DNA from: Patescibacteria group bacterium
GTDB lineage: Bacteria > Patescibacteriota > Kazan-3B-28
Assembly: GCA_022703745.1 (NCBI GenBank)
Contig: JAKLDB010000001.1
Coordinates: 1-51,766, forward strand
Length of the DNA: 51,766 bases
Direction: 5' to 3'
The notes beneath the pieces were generated by a model. It did no database searches, was not told the origin of the DNA, and saw nothing but the letters and a program-made list of their open reading frames with translations. Position 1 is the first letter of the stretch. The number at the start of each line of letters is the position of its first letter. This document shows, one piece after another, positions 24,133 to 33,200 of the stretch. A program made the translations under genes and the position numbers.

Positions 24133-24468
24133 TTAGCCCATGAGGCTCATTGCGGTGTTTACGATGACGTAGGATAACACGATGATGACAATACCAGTAA
24201 TGGCATTGATGATCATGTTTTTAGCCACATCAGTTTTTCCTCCTGGTGCAGTGATGTACAGGATGCCAGCATAGACCAAGTAGGCAACTGCCAGAACACC
24301 AGCAATCATAAGCATCCAGTTAATAACATTCTGGATAGCACTGATGATGGTTTCTATACCACCTCCCGCAAGCGGTTCAATTACAGGCGCACTCTGAGCA
24401 AAAGCTGGTCGGACCATAAAAATGGCGGAGGAGGCTAGTGCTGTTGTTGCGCGAAGCCAATTTTTCAT
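24133..24468 (-). CDS. VirB2/TrbC-like mini-pilin candidate with a signal peptide
   Basis: 111 aa. The signal peptide ends in AFA-QS. Two hydrophobic helices are joined by a short charged loop (TAPGGKTDVAKN). AAGGAG lies 8 nt upstream of the ATG. Confidence 0.5.
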   Translation of the reverse strand: MKNWLRATTALASSAIFMVRPAFAQSAPVIEPLAGGGIETIISAIQNVINWMLMIAGVLAVAYLVYAGILYITAPGGKTDVAKNMIINAITGIVIIVLSYVIVNTAMSLMG

Positions 24469-24545
24469 AAGATAACTCCTTTTAAAATATTAGTATGTGA
24501 ATATATTGCTTATTTATTGTATCAGAAATTGGAAGAAAAGGAGGC

Positions 24546-24785
24546 TTAGAAAAGATTTCTAGTTGAAACTACTATTACTACTGCAAGAAGGATGATAATG
24601 ATGCCGATAATAGCAGCGGTTAAAGTTTTTTTAGCGGCATCCTTCTGTCCCATGATGTATTGGATGCCTCCGATTATAATCATCAGTACAACAACGGAGT
24701 AGGCAACCTTAGAAACAGTGCTTTGAAGAAAAAAGATAAGGTCTTTAATGCTGTCGACTATTTGCCCAATAACACTTTGTCCCAT
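24546..24785 (-). CDS. VirB2/TrbC-like mini-pilin candidate, a paralogue without an obvious cleavable signal
   Basis: 79 aa. GGIQYIMGQKDAAKKTLTAAIIGIIIILLAVVIVVST aligns with AGILYITAPGGKTDVAKNMIINAITGIVIIVLSYVIVNT of the 111-aa neighbour. Its ATG abuts the SBP stop (TAAATG). Confidence 0.45.
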   Translation of the reverse strand: MGQSVIGQIVDSIKDLIFFLQSTVSKVAYSVVVLMIIIGGIQYIMGQKDAAKKTLTAAIIGIIIILLAVVIVVSTRNLF

Positions 24786-26135
24786 TTATAAAATGTTAAT
24801 GTCTCGAACTGCTGTATCTACTGCCACAGAAGACGAAAGTTTGTCGCGAACAACACTGTTTATCATGCGAACAAAGATGGATTCGATATCAGGAGTATTC
24901 TTTCGGTACCAAGTTTGAGAGTAAGGGATCTGGTTAGCTACGGCTGAATAGTAGCGGCGGCTGGCGGCAGTGTCACGCAGATCCTTGCGAGCAGATACGT
25001 ATCCAGCAGTACGGGTGAAAGTGCTTTGGTTGCTACGTTTTATCATGTAGTTGATAAAATCCCAGGCTTCGTTAGGATGTTGGCTATTTTTAGAAACTGT
25101 TTCTCCCCAGTAATTCGTAATGGTTACTGGGCTCTGGAGTTGACTTTGGGGTAGAACCGCTGTTTCGAATCGCAACTTAGGAGCGAATTTACGAATGTTC
25201 TTTATCTGGTAAGAATAGTTGACCATCATGGCGGCCTTTCCTTCCATGAACGCTTGGACATCCGAAGGGAAGAGACGGGTTCCAGCAGAATTTTTGGCAT
25301 CGGTATAGGTGTATACAGGAGAGGCAGGGTTGGCAAATTGAGCGTAATAGGCCAATGCTTCTTGTCCGCCCATTACCGGAGGATTGCTTCCTGGTACCGG
25401 CAGATTGAAAGTTGCAGTTTTGTGATCGGCAGATGTCATATCCACTCCGTATTGCATCATAAGGGCAGCCACAATATCTGCGGCTCTGGGAATGCCATCG
25501 GTTCCACCTAAGGGAATAGCTGAGCGGACTATATTACCTCTACTATCTTTTTCGGTTAGTTTGGGGATCAGTTCTACTAATTCTTGCAAAGTTTTTGGTG
25601 GAGTCTTTATTTTCTTTTCGCTGAAAATATCTGTGTTGTAGTAGAGGACAAGATTGTCGATGCCGTATGGGATACCATAAATTTTATCGTTATCTACAAA
25701 ATCTTGCTGGACGACTTCAGGGAAGATGTCTTTATAGTTTCTGAGGGTCATGGTGCCGACAGGCATGGGTGAGATCTGGTTGATTTGGTAGGGCAACCAA
25801 GTGTTGTGGATCATGAACATATCCGGACCAGCGCCATCGGCAATTGCTTTTATAACATCCCTTTGGTAGTTGTAGATATCATAACCAGGCTTTATCTCTA
25901 TTTTTTTTACTTCTATGGAAATATTAGGATGTTCGCTTTGGTAGCTTTTAATGTATTCATCAAAAATACTGCTGTCATCCCACAGCCGCCAGTATTCTAG
26001 GGTAATAGGTTCTTTGGTTATTGGAGTAGGGGTAGGATCGTTGGGGTTAGGAGTGAGTGGTGAACTGCAACGAGCGGCGCTTAACAGTAAGCCCCCCAGT
26101 AGTAGTACGGTAATGGAACGGAATAGTTTTTTCAT
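24786..26135 (-). CDS. Extracellular solute-binding protein (family 1, sugar-type), orphan
   Basis: 449 aa. An N-terminal signal/anchor with Cys (LLLSAARCSS) is followed by a Pro/Thr linker. Blocks such as GPDMFMIHNTW and IYGIPYGIDNLVLYYN are typical of SBP_bac_1. No permease or ATPase gene is nearby. Confidence 0.75.
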   Translation of the reverse strand: MKKLFRSITVLLLGGLLLSAARCSSPLTPNPNDPTPTPITKEPITLEYWRLWDDSSIFDEYIKSYQSEHPNISIEVKKIEIKPGYDIYNYQRDVIKAIADGAGPDMFMIHNTWLPYQINQISPMPVGTMTLRNYKDIFPEVVQQDFVDNDKIYGIPYGIDNLVLYYNTDIFSEKKIKTPPKTLQELVELIPKLTEKDSRGNIVRSAIPLGGTDGIPRAADIVAALMMQYGVDMTSADHKTATFNLPVPGSNPPVMGGQEALAYYAQFANPASPVYTYTDAKNSAGTRLFPSDVQAFMEGKAAMMVNYSYQIKNIRKFAPKLRFETAVLPQSQLQSPVTITNYWGETVSKNSQHPNEAWDFINYMIKRSNQSTFTRTAGYVSARKDLRDTAASRRYYSAVANQIPYSQTWYRKNTPDIESIFVRMINSVVRDKLSSSVAVDTAVRDINIL

Positions 26136-27007
26136 TTGCTACGTACCTTGTTAAGGATAATTTGCTTTAGTTCTGGTTGATCTAGGGCGTAGTCCAGTAG
26201 CGTATCTAGATAGGTAAGGGGATCTCCGGTGGTAAGCCATTTGCCATTTGTTACCTTGCAGGTGGCAACTCTGCCTTTAGTTGCCAGTATTTTGATACCA
26301 TCGACAATCCAGTATTCTCCTCCCTTGCCCTTCTTTATTTTAGATAGAGCATCGAAGATTTCCGAAGTGAAAAGATAGCGTCCGAATGATGCAAGGCGAG
26401 AAGGTGCTTTATCAGGAGATGGTTTTTCAATAATGTCTTCAAGGAAGGCAGTGTTGCCTGATAGCTTTACTATGCCATATTTTGAGATTTCTTTCTTGTC
26501 GACCTCCTGTACCCCGATTACACTACAGCCATATTTTTTGTAAGCATCAATAAGTTGTTTGGCGAAAGGAACCTTGGATTTAACCAAATCGTCACCGAAG
26601 GCGTAAATGAAAGGCTCGTTGCCAATAAGATCTTTGGCAGTAATAGCAGGTAGGGCATTACCATATCCCTCAATCTGTCGCATATAGCTAAAGCTAGCCA
26701 GTCGGCTTATTTTTTTCATTTTTGCTACAAGATCTTTTTTACCTTGGGCAAGAAGCATATTTTCTAATTCAAACGAGGGATCGAAGTGATCTTCAACAGA
26801 TTTTTTTTGCCAATTGGTTACCAGGATGATTTCTTCTATTCCCGCACCAGACAATTCTTCTGCGATGTATTGGACGATCGGTTTGTCTATGATTGGGAGC
26901 ATCTCTTTCGGAGAGGCTTTGGTCATTGGAAGAAAGCGGGTTCCAAAACCAGCGATGGCAATAACTGCTTTACGAACTTTCGGAAGTTTGTTCATTTTCT
27001 TATTCAT
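26132..27007 (-). CDS. galU: UTP--glucose-1-phosphate uridylyltransferase
   Basis: 291 aa. KAVIAIAGFGTRFLPMTKASPKEMLPIIDKPIVQYIAEE is the GalU N-terminal signature. It overlaps each neighbouring gene by 4 nt. Confidence 0.85.
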   Translation of the reverse strand: MNKKMNKLPKVRKAVIAIAGFGTRFLPMTKASPKEMLPIIDKPIVQYIAEELSGAGIEEIILVTNWQKKSVEDHFDPSFELENMLLAQGKKDLVAKMKKISRLASFSYMRQIEGYGNALPAITAKDLIGNEPFIYAFGDDLVKSKVPFAKQLIDAYKKYGCSVIGVQEVDKKEISKYGIVKLSGNTAFLEDIIEKPSPDKAPSRLASFGRYLFTSEIFDALSKIKKGKGGEYWIVDGIKILATKGRVATCKVTNGKWLTTGDPLTYLDTLLDYALDQPELKQIILNKVRSK

Positions 27008-27405
27008 GGTTTTTTGATACGGATAATTTTGGAGTGTTGAGGGTTTAGGATCGGCATGATGACGGTAAGAATGCCATTGTGGAGAGACGCTCTGGTATTG
27101 TCTGGGTTTACTGGCATAGGCAGATCAATGGAGCGGGATAATTCTCCCCAGTGACATTCTTCACTATATACCCGATCTGGTTCGTCTAAGAGGGTGGGGG
27201 AAACTGCTGCTTTATGAATAGTAAGTTGGTTTTGCCCCAGAGATACGCTTACTCGGCTAATATCTACTCCGACTATGGGTGTCCGGGCGATTAGCTTGTC
27301 TTTAACCCGAAGAAGATCTACCGGTAGTTCTAGCTCACCCGTTTCGGGTAAGGAGGTGTCTGTTTCCTTGGGATCTGATTTTGTGAAGAAGGTATCTCGT
27401 AACAT
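27004..27405 (-). CDS. Hsp20/alpha-crystallin small heat-shock protein
   Basis: 133 aa. The alpha-crystallin core ends with ASLHNGILTVIMP. Confidence 0.75.
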   Translation of the reverse strand: MLRDTFFTKSDPKETDTSLPETGELELPVDLLRVKDKLIARTPIVGVDISRVSVSLGQNQLTIHKAAVSPTLLDEPDRVYSEECHWGELSRSIDLPMPVNPDNTRASLHNGILTVIMPILNPQHSKIIRIKKP

Positions 27406-27491
27406 ATCTCTAATAGTATCGGATATCAGGGTGAGCCCAGCAAGAGGAGGAGAAAGAATGGAGATTGGGGTATAATAAAAAACGCTGATTT

Positions 27492-29789
27492 ATGAAAAAA
27501 CTGATTACCATTCTGGGGGTTTTTGTATTAATCGCGGGAGGGCCATTATCTCTCTCTCGTTTTGCATTGGCACAGGGGGCGGAACTTAGAGCACAACTGG
27601 TTTCGACTAATTCTCCGGTTACCGCAAAGGTTGGTACGGAGGTTCAGTTTACGGTAGAGGTGAAGAATACTGGGACTGCGACTTGGAGCAATAGCGGCAA
27701 CAATCCCCTGAACCTGGGGACAATTAGGCCAATAGATCACAAGAGTAGATTTTGGACACAAGGCTGGATTGGGGATAATCGACCGGCGACCATGCAAGAA
27801 ACAGCAATTGCGCCTGGTGAAACAGCTCATTTTGTTTTCTCTGCAGTAGCAACAGGGAAAGGCAAGGTGACGGATAACTTTGGATTGGTTATGGAAAGGG
27901 TGGCTTGGTTGAATCTTGTAATTCCTTTGACTATCAATGTACAACCAGCTGTTTTCAAGGGAGAGTTGGTGAGTCAGTCTACTTCGACAATAGAACTGAA
28001 AGCACAGGAAAGCGCAACTGTTACCGTTAATGTGAAGAATACGGGAGATATTGTTTGGGCTAATGGTGGGGCGGGAGCGATAAAGATAGGGACTAGTGCT
28101 CCGTATGATCGGACAAGTAACTTTTATCACTCAAGCTGGCTAAGTAAGAATCGGGTTGTATCGGCAGGTACGGCAATTCAGCCAGGGAGTAGTGGCGATT
28201 TTGTTTTTACAGTACAAGCCCCAAAGAAGACGGGAACATTCAGGGAAGAATTTAGTTTGGTGGCGGAAGGTACCGCATGGATACCGCTAAAGTTTTCACT
28301 AACCATGAAAGTGGTACCGGCTATTTGGTCTGCTGAACTGGTGAATCAATCTGCGGGAGATGTTTCTGTGGCACCGGGGGATACGGCTACGTTGTGGGTG
28401 GAAATTAAGAATACTGGTAATACGGTTTGGAAGAGCGATGGTCTCAATGCGGTGAAACTTGGAACAGCGCGAAGTTTGGATAGATCAAGTGTTTTCCAAG
28501 ATAGTTCGTGGTTGAGTAAGAACAGAGTAGTTACGGCAAGCTCAATAGAGGTTGCGCCAGGTGCAGTTGGACGTTTTGAATTTACAATTAAAGCTCCGAA
28601 CAAAATAGGGAAATATACAGAATACTTTCGTCCAGTTGCAGAAGGTATTACTTGGTTGAATGATAGTGGTCTGCATTGGAATTTTGCGGTTGAAGAAGAA
28701 CTAACAATTAAGGATCCAATTAGGGTTGGGATTACTTCAACAACCGACTCAATTACAGTGCAGGGAGATAGTTTTGTGATTCGGAGAGGAAGTGACAAAG
28801 GACTAGTCAAAAAAGTTTCTGGTAGCAGTATTACGGCAACTGCTTTCAATGGCGGATATAGTCTAAACACAGGCGAATCGGTGAATGATTGGCTACGTTT
28901 TATTCCTTTGAATAAGACGTTGTTGACAGTGAAGACGAGTGGCATTGGGAATAGTTACAATACATTCCGTGGAGTGATTGATGTGCGCAGATCAAGTTTG
29001 TCTGGAAATGTTTGGGTGGTGAACGTATTGGAATTTGAAGATTATATGAAGGGAATTGCAGAGGTTCCAGAAGGATGGCCGGTGGAAGCCCAGAAAGCTC
29101 AGATGGTAGCGGCTCGTACTTATGCCACCACCAAACTAACAGCACCTGTAGCTGATATTTTTGATATCTATGATGACACAAGAGACCAGGTATATTACGG
29201 TTACGACTACGAAGAATCTCGTCCCGGCTTGTGTGCAGCAGCGGAGGCTACCCGAGGGGTGATTATCAGATATAATGGTACTCCAATTTCCGCCTACTAT
29301 TTCTCAGATAGTGGAGGATATACCGAAAATGTAGAAAACGTTTGGACAAAAACAATTCCATATTTGCGAGCAGTTCCAGATCCATATGCCAAGCCGATCG
29401 AATGGACAGCAACTCTTACCCAGGACTATTTACAAACTCGGTTCAATGAAACGTTGAATATGGCTCCAGGTACGGATGTAATTACGGGAGTAGCGGTGAC
29501 AGAACGTTTTCCTTCATCCCGAGTGAAGACCGTGACTTTTACTTTGCAGAGTGGACGTACGGTTCCGGTATCTTCCAAAACATTCGACTACCTAACTAAT
29601 GGTAATGAAATTAAAAGTATGAAGTTTGATGTTGTCCCTTCGGGAACAGACTTTGTCTTTTCCGGGCAAGGATGGGGACATGGTGTTGGCATGGCTCAGT
29701 GGGGAGCAAAGAATATGGCTTTGCAAGGGAAGAGTTATCAGGAGATTTTGACTTACTATTACACTGGTGTTACTGTCAGTTCCAGATAA
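27492..29789 (+). CDS. SpoIID/LytB-domain peptidoglycan-remodelling protein with three N-terminal Ig-like (NBR1-like) repeats
   Basis: 765 aa with a signal peptide. The C-terminal blocks AQKAQMVAARTYA, YYFSDSGGYTENVENVW and GWGHGVGMAQWGA are SpoIID/LytB hallmarks. Confidence 0.8.
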   Translation: MKKLITILGVFVLIAGGPLSLSRFALAQGAELRAQLVSTNSPVTAKVGTEVQFTVEVKNTGTATWSNSGNNPLNLGTIRPIDHKSRFWTQGWIGDNRPATMQETAIAPGETAHFVFSAVATGKGKVTDNFGLVMERVAWLNLVIPLTINVQPAVFKGELVSQSTSTIELKAQESATVTVNVKNTGDIVWANGGAGAIKIGTSAPYDRTSNFYHSSWLSKNRVVSAGTAIQPGSSGDFVFTVQAPKKTGTFREEFSLVAEGTAWIPLKFSLTMKVVPAIWSAELVNQSAGDVSVAPGDTATLWVEIKNTGNTVWKSDGLNAVKLGTARSLDRSSVFQDSSWLSKNRVVTASSIEVAPGAVGRFEFTIKAPNKIGKYTEYFRPVAEGITWLNDSGLHWNFAVEEELTIKDPIRVGITSTTDSITVQGDSFVIRRGSDKGLVKKVSGSSITATAFNGGYSLNTGESVNDWLRFIPLNKTLLTVKTSGIGNSYNTFRGVIDVRRSSLSGNVWVVNVLEFEDYMKGIAEVPEGWPVEAQKAQMVAARTYATTKLTAPVADIFDIYDDTRDQVYYGYDYEESRPGLCAAAEATRGVIIRYNGTPISAYYFSDSGGYTENVENVWTKTIPYLRAVPDPYAKPIEWTATLTQDYLQTRFNETLNMAPGTDVITGVAVTERFPSSRVKTVTFTLQSGRTVPVSSKTFDYLTNGNEIKSMKFDVVPSGTDFVFSGQGWGHGVGMAQWGAKNMALQGKSYQEILTYYYTGVTVSSR
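27582..28691 (+). repeat. Three tandem protein-level repeats of about 122 aa inside the SpoIID-like gene
   Basis: The recurring pattern is V.V.(V/I)KNTG...W...G...(L/I/K).(L/I)GT...DR(S/T)S.F...SWLS.NR......I.PG....F.F...AP...G...E.F..VAEG..W(L/I), at about aa 31-152, 153-276 and 277-400. Confidence 0.6.
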
Positions 29790-30462
29790 ATTAGTTAGAT
29801 TTGTTCGAGATGCAATTGCACCAGCTTTTTGCGTAGGGTGTGGTGTAGTAGGTGGTTGGTTGTGTACGGACTGTGCCCAGAAAATCTCTGTGATGCGAGA
29901 ACAGGTGTGTTGTAGATGTGGTAGGGCTTCTATAAACGGAAGAACATGTGAGAAGTGCAAAAGATATCTGGATCTAGATGGTGTGATTGTGGCGGCAGGT
30001 TACGAAGGTGGGCCAATGCGAGAATTGGTTCACAAGTTTAAATACAATGGGTTAACCGATTTGGCTACAATTCTTTTCTGGGTTTTGTTCCAAGCAGTTA
30101 TGACTCAGGAATGGCAAGGATGGGTGGTTGTTCCCATGCCTTTGCATTCAAGTAAGTTTCATGAGAGGGGTTTTAACCAAACAGATCTTCTTGCAAGAAA
30201 ACTTGCTGGATATTTGGGAGCGGAATACAGGCCGAATTGGCTAAGACGGGTACGTGCGACTGTGACCCAGACGAGGCTTAGCCAACTCGAGCGACAGGCT
30301 AATGTGTACAAAGCATTTTCATCTTCTGTGGATTTACGGGGAGAGAAGATTTTGTTGGTAGATGATGTCATGACCACAGGAGCAACTCTTGGGGCGGCAG
30401 CACAAGCTCTCAAAGACGCTGGGGCTAAGGTGGTCTGGGGAGTCGTAGTGGCGAGGGGTTAG
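29767..30462 (+). CDS. comFC: ComF-family (ComFC-like) phosphoribosyltransferase-fold competence protein
   Basis: 231 aa. The N-terminus has 4-Cys clusters (CVGCG...CTDC, CCRCG...CEKC). The PRTase motif is ILLVDDVMTTGATL. GTG at 29767 is the only in-frame start candidate upstream of the Cys clusters. Confidence 0.7.
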   Translation: MLLSVPDKLVRFVRDAIAPAFCVGCGVVGGWLCTDCAQKISVMREQVCCRCGRASINGRTCEKCKRYLDLDGVIVAAGYEGGPMRELVHKFKYNGLTDLATILFWVLFQAVMTQEWQGWVVVPMPLHSSKFHERGFNQTDLLARKLAGYLGAEYRPNWLRRVRATVTQTRLSQLERQANVYKAFSSSVDLRGEKILLVDDVMTTGATLGAAAQALKDAGAKVVWGVVVARG

Positions 30463-30478
30463 AGTATAATGCGGGAGT

Positions 30479-31249
30479 ATGATTATTCGAGCAAAGGCAC
30501 CAATGAGGGTCTGTTTCGGGGGAGGACTACTAGATATATTCCCAATAAATGCAATTATCGGGGGGTATACCGTAAATGCTGCAATAGACAAATTCGTTAC
30601 TGTTGAAATTGAAGATGGCGAAGTTTTAAAGATTAATGCTAAAAACGAAGAACTTCCGAGACTTTTAGCCAACATTTATAATCTGAAAAATAAAACCATC
30701 ACAATTAGTGAAGATGTTTTTGGGTTTAGAGGATTTGCTCAAAGCGCTGCTTTGGGAGTGGCGTTGGGATTTGCAGCGACGGGAGATAGGGAAGTGGCGG
30801 CAATGATTTCTTACGAAGCGGAGAATAAGATTTTGGGAGTGCTTGGAGGATATCAGGATCAAATAGCGGCAAGCAGAGGAGGTTTCAATATTATTACTAA
30901 CCGAGCCGGTGTATATAGTGTGGAAACTTTGACTGATTTCAACCAAGATTTTCTGGATAAAATTAAAAAAGCAATTCCGTTCTATTCCAAAGCATATGCT
31001 CACAGCGGATTGAAAAACGAGGAAGTGGTGAATAAGGTCTTGGCGGGAGACGAAGAAGCAATCAATACCTTGAAAGAGCTTCGTAATTGTACCGAACATA
31101 TAGTACAGGCATTGAGGGAACAGAGTGCGGACGAGTTTATCAAATGGTGCTTAGAAGAAAGGCGTCATCACGATAAACTGCGCCAACGAGAAGGTGAGCA
31201 GTTGGTAGAATATAACTTCGAGTTTGAGGGAGTAAGAAAAATAGACTAA
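30479..31249 (+). CDS. GHMP-kinase-like protein, short, with a degenerate phosphate-binding loop
   Basis: 256 aa. RAKAPMRVCFGGGLLDIFP (motif I) and GGYQDQIAASRGGFN resemble HddA-type sugar kinases. The PxGSGLGSSSA loop reads FGFRGFAQSAAL. Confidence 0.45.
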   Translation: MIIRAKAPMRVCFGGGLLDIFPINAIIGGYTVNAAIDKFVTVEIEDGEVLKINAKNEELPRLLANIYNLKNKTITISEDVFGFRGFAQSAALGVALGFAATGDREVAAMISYEAENKILGVLGGYQDQIAASRGGFNIITNRAGVYSVETLTDFNQDFLDKIKKAIPFYSKAYAHSGLKNEEVVNKVLAGDEEAINTLKELRNCTEHIVQALREQSADEFIKWCLEERRHHDKLRQREGEQLVEYNFEFEGVRKID

Positions 31250-32235
31250 CTAACGAATCCGATTTTCTTTTTGGCTTCGGTAAGGGTGGAATTAGCGATA
31301 CGGGAAGCTTTGGTAGCTCCCGTTTTTAGAATCCGATCAAGAAGTCTGCGGTTTTTCATGTAGTAGTCGATTTTTTTCTGGATGGGGGCGAGAGAGGTAA
31401 CAACTAATTCAGCTAGCTCTTTTTTGAAATCGCCATATCCCTTACCTGCAAAATGTTTTTCGATTTGGGATTCAGTTTTACCTGAAAGCATTTGGTAGAT
31501 GGTGAGGAGGTTGAAGAGCCCTTCTCGCTTGGGATCGAATTTGATCGTACTGCCAGAATCGGTGACGGCTCGCATAATTTTTTTGCGGATTATCTCGGGA
31601 CTATCAGTTAGGGCAATGTAACTTCCAGCAGAGTCGCTCTTGCTCATTTTTCTGCTTGGATTATCCAGCGACATAATGCGGGCACCAGTTTTACCAATTA
31701 CGGGATTAGGAATAATAAAAGTTTTTCCGAACCGGTTGTTGAATCGTTCCGCTAAGTTGCGAGCTAATTCAACATGCTGTTTTTGATCTTCGCCAACAGG
31801 AACGATTCCTGCTTGGTATAAAAGAATGTCTGAAGCCATTAGTACGGGGTAATCGAATAACCCAACAGAAGTATTTTCAGCATTACCTTTTTGAGACTTA
31901 TCTTTAAACTGAGTCATACGAGAAAGTTCGCCCATATGAGCAATGGTGTTGAGAAGCCAAGCTAATTCAGCGTGAGCGGGAACTTGCGATTGAACAAAGA
32001 TGATAGATTTTTTGGGGTCTATTCCAGAAGCTAGATAGATTGCGGTAGTGAGGTAAGTGCTTTCGGTCAGTTCTTTGGGGTCTTGGGGAATAGTAATAGC
32101 GTGGAGATCAACTACGCAAAAGATGCTTTCATATTTATTCTGGATTCTCACCCAAGGGAGAATAGCTCCGAGGTAGTTGCCGAGGTGAATAACACCGCTG
32201 GGTTGAATGCCTGAAAAGGCTCTTTGTTTGGTCAT
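31246..32235 (-). CDS. trpS: Tryptophan--tRNA ligase
   Basis: 329 aa from ATG 32233-32235 (MTKQRAFSGIQPSGVIHLGNYLGA). The KMSKS motif (RKMSKSD) is present. The ORF-track N-terminal extension has no homology-like content. Confidence 0.9.
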   Translation of the reverse strand: MTKQRAFSGIQPSGVIHLGNYLGAILPWVRIQNKYESIFCVVDLHAITIPQDPKELTESTYLTTAIYLASGIDPKKSIIFVQSQVPAHAELAWLLNTIAHMGELSRMTQFKDKSQKGNAENTSVGLFDYPVLMASDILLYQAGIVPVGEDQKQHVELARNLAERFNNRFGKTFIIPNPVIGKTGARIMSLDNPSRKMSKSDSAGSYIALTDSPEIIRKKIMRAVTDSGSTIKFDPKREGLFNLLTIYQMLSGKTESQIEKHFAGKGYGDFKKELAELVVTSLAPIQKKIDYYMKNRRLLDRILKTGATKASRIANSTLTEAKKKIGFVS

Positions 32236-32276
32236 AGATTTGTTAGAGTTAGTATCTTCAAGATAACATAAAGGTA

Positions 32277-33200
32277 ATGGGCAAAAAACTGATGGGGGGT
32301 CAGATAAGGAAGCGATTGATACCCTTGGTGTTCTTCGGAGCTGATTACTCCAGCCGAGGACGGACTTTGACATTGCCTCAGCTTCGGCGTTATGGATGGC
32401 AAGAAGATTGGTCTTTTGAAGAGATAAAGGAGGCGATAAGGGAGCTGGATTTGCCTAGTATAGAGGGAACCTATTACTGGGGTGATCCGCGGAATAGACA
32501 AAGTGGCAACTTAGAGCTAGCAAAGAAGTTTTGGAACTTGGCACGGAGAAGGGTAGGTCTCTTTAGGTGGATTCCTTTTGTGAAATTAGTGGGAGTGATG
32601 AACAGTCTGGCTCACGATAATGTGGGGAAGGCCTCAGATATTGATTTCTTTGTGGTTGCCCGCCGGGGACGACTTTGGACGGTCCGAGCAATTACCTTGT
32701 GGTGGTTGAAGTTTCTGGGTTGGCGGGCTGGTCGAAAGAAGTATTTAAAAATCTCTCCCGATCTTTTCTTGAGTGAAGATGGAATGGATTTATCCCAGGC
32801 TGGTATTCCAAACGACTACTTGTTGGCATATTGGGCATGTGATTTTATCCCGATTTACCAAGCAGATTTCTTTAGAAAGTTCTGGCAGGCTAATTCGTGG
32901 TTAAAGAATGTGGTGCCTGTGGCATATAGGTCGCCACAGTACAGGCCAGAAATGGAAGTGAGGGGTGGGGCCTTTCGGATAACGATACTGTTGGAAAAAA
33001 TTCTGGGTGGGAGTTGGGGGGATAAGATTGAAGCGAGCCTAAAGAAAAAACAATTAGGTATTATTGATAAAAATGTGAAAAAATTTGGACAGAACCCATT
33101 GGTGTTAGTAAATGATCAGATAGTAAAGATTCATTTTGGCGATGACAAGAGATATCATCTTAGAGCAGTGGTGGAAGAATTCCTGGCCGAGGAAGATTGA
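32277..33200 (+). CDS. Hypothetical protein with a possible Pol-beta-type nucleotidyltransferase fold
   Basis: 307 aa. VGVMNSLAHDNVGKASDIDFFVV fits the hG(S)x9-13 DhD pattern. The exact start is uncertain. Confidence 0.35.
   Translation: MGKKLMGGQIRKRLIPLVFFGADYSSRGRTLTLPQLRRYGWQEDWSFEEIKEAIRELDLPSIEGTYYWGDPRNRQSGNLELAKKFWNLARRRVGLFRWIPFVKLVGVMNSLAHDNVGKASDIDFFVVARRGRLWTVRAITLWWLKFLGWRAGRKKYLKISPDLFLSEDGMDLSQAGIPNDYLLAYWACDFIPIYQADFFRKFWQANSWLKNVVPVAYRSPQYRPEMEVRGGAFRITILLEKILGGSWGDKIEASLKKKQLGIIDKNVKKFGQNPLVLVNDQIVKIHFGDDKRYHLRAVVEEFLAEED

Noticed and set aside
27546-28945. Minus-strand ORFs of 194 and 199 aa inside the SpoIID-like gene, and similar antisense ORFs inside valS, dnaE, clpC and rplS (e.g. 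44961-45518).
   Set aside because: All are embedded antisense to strongly supported conserved genes. They have biased, low-complexity composition and no independent signals.
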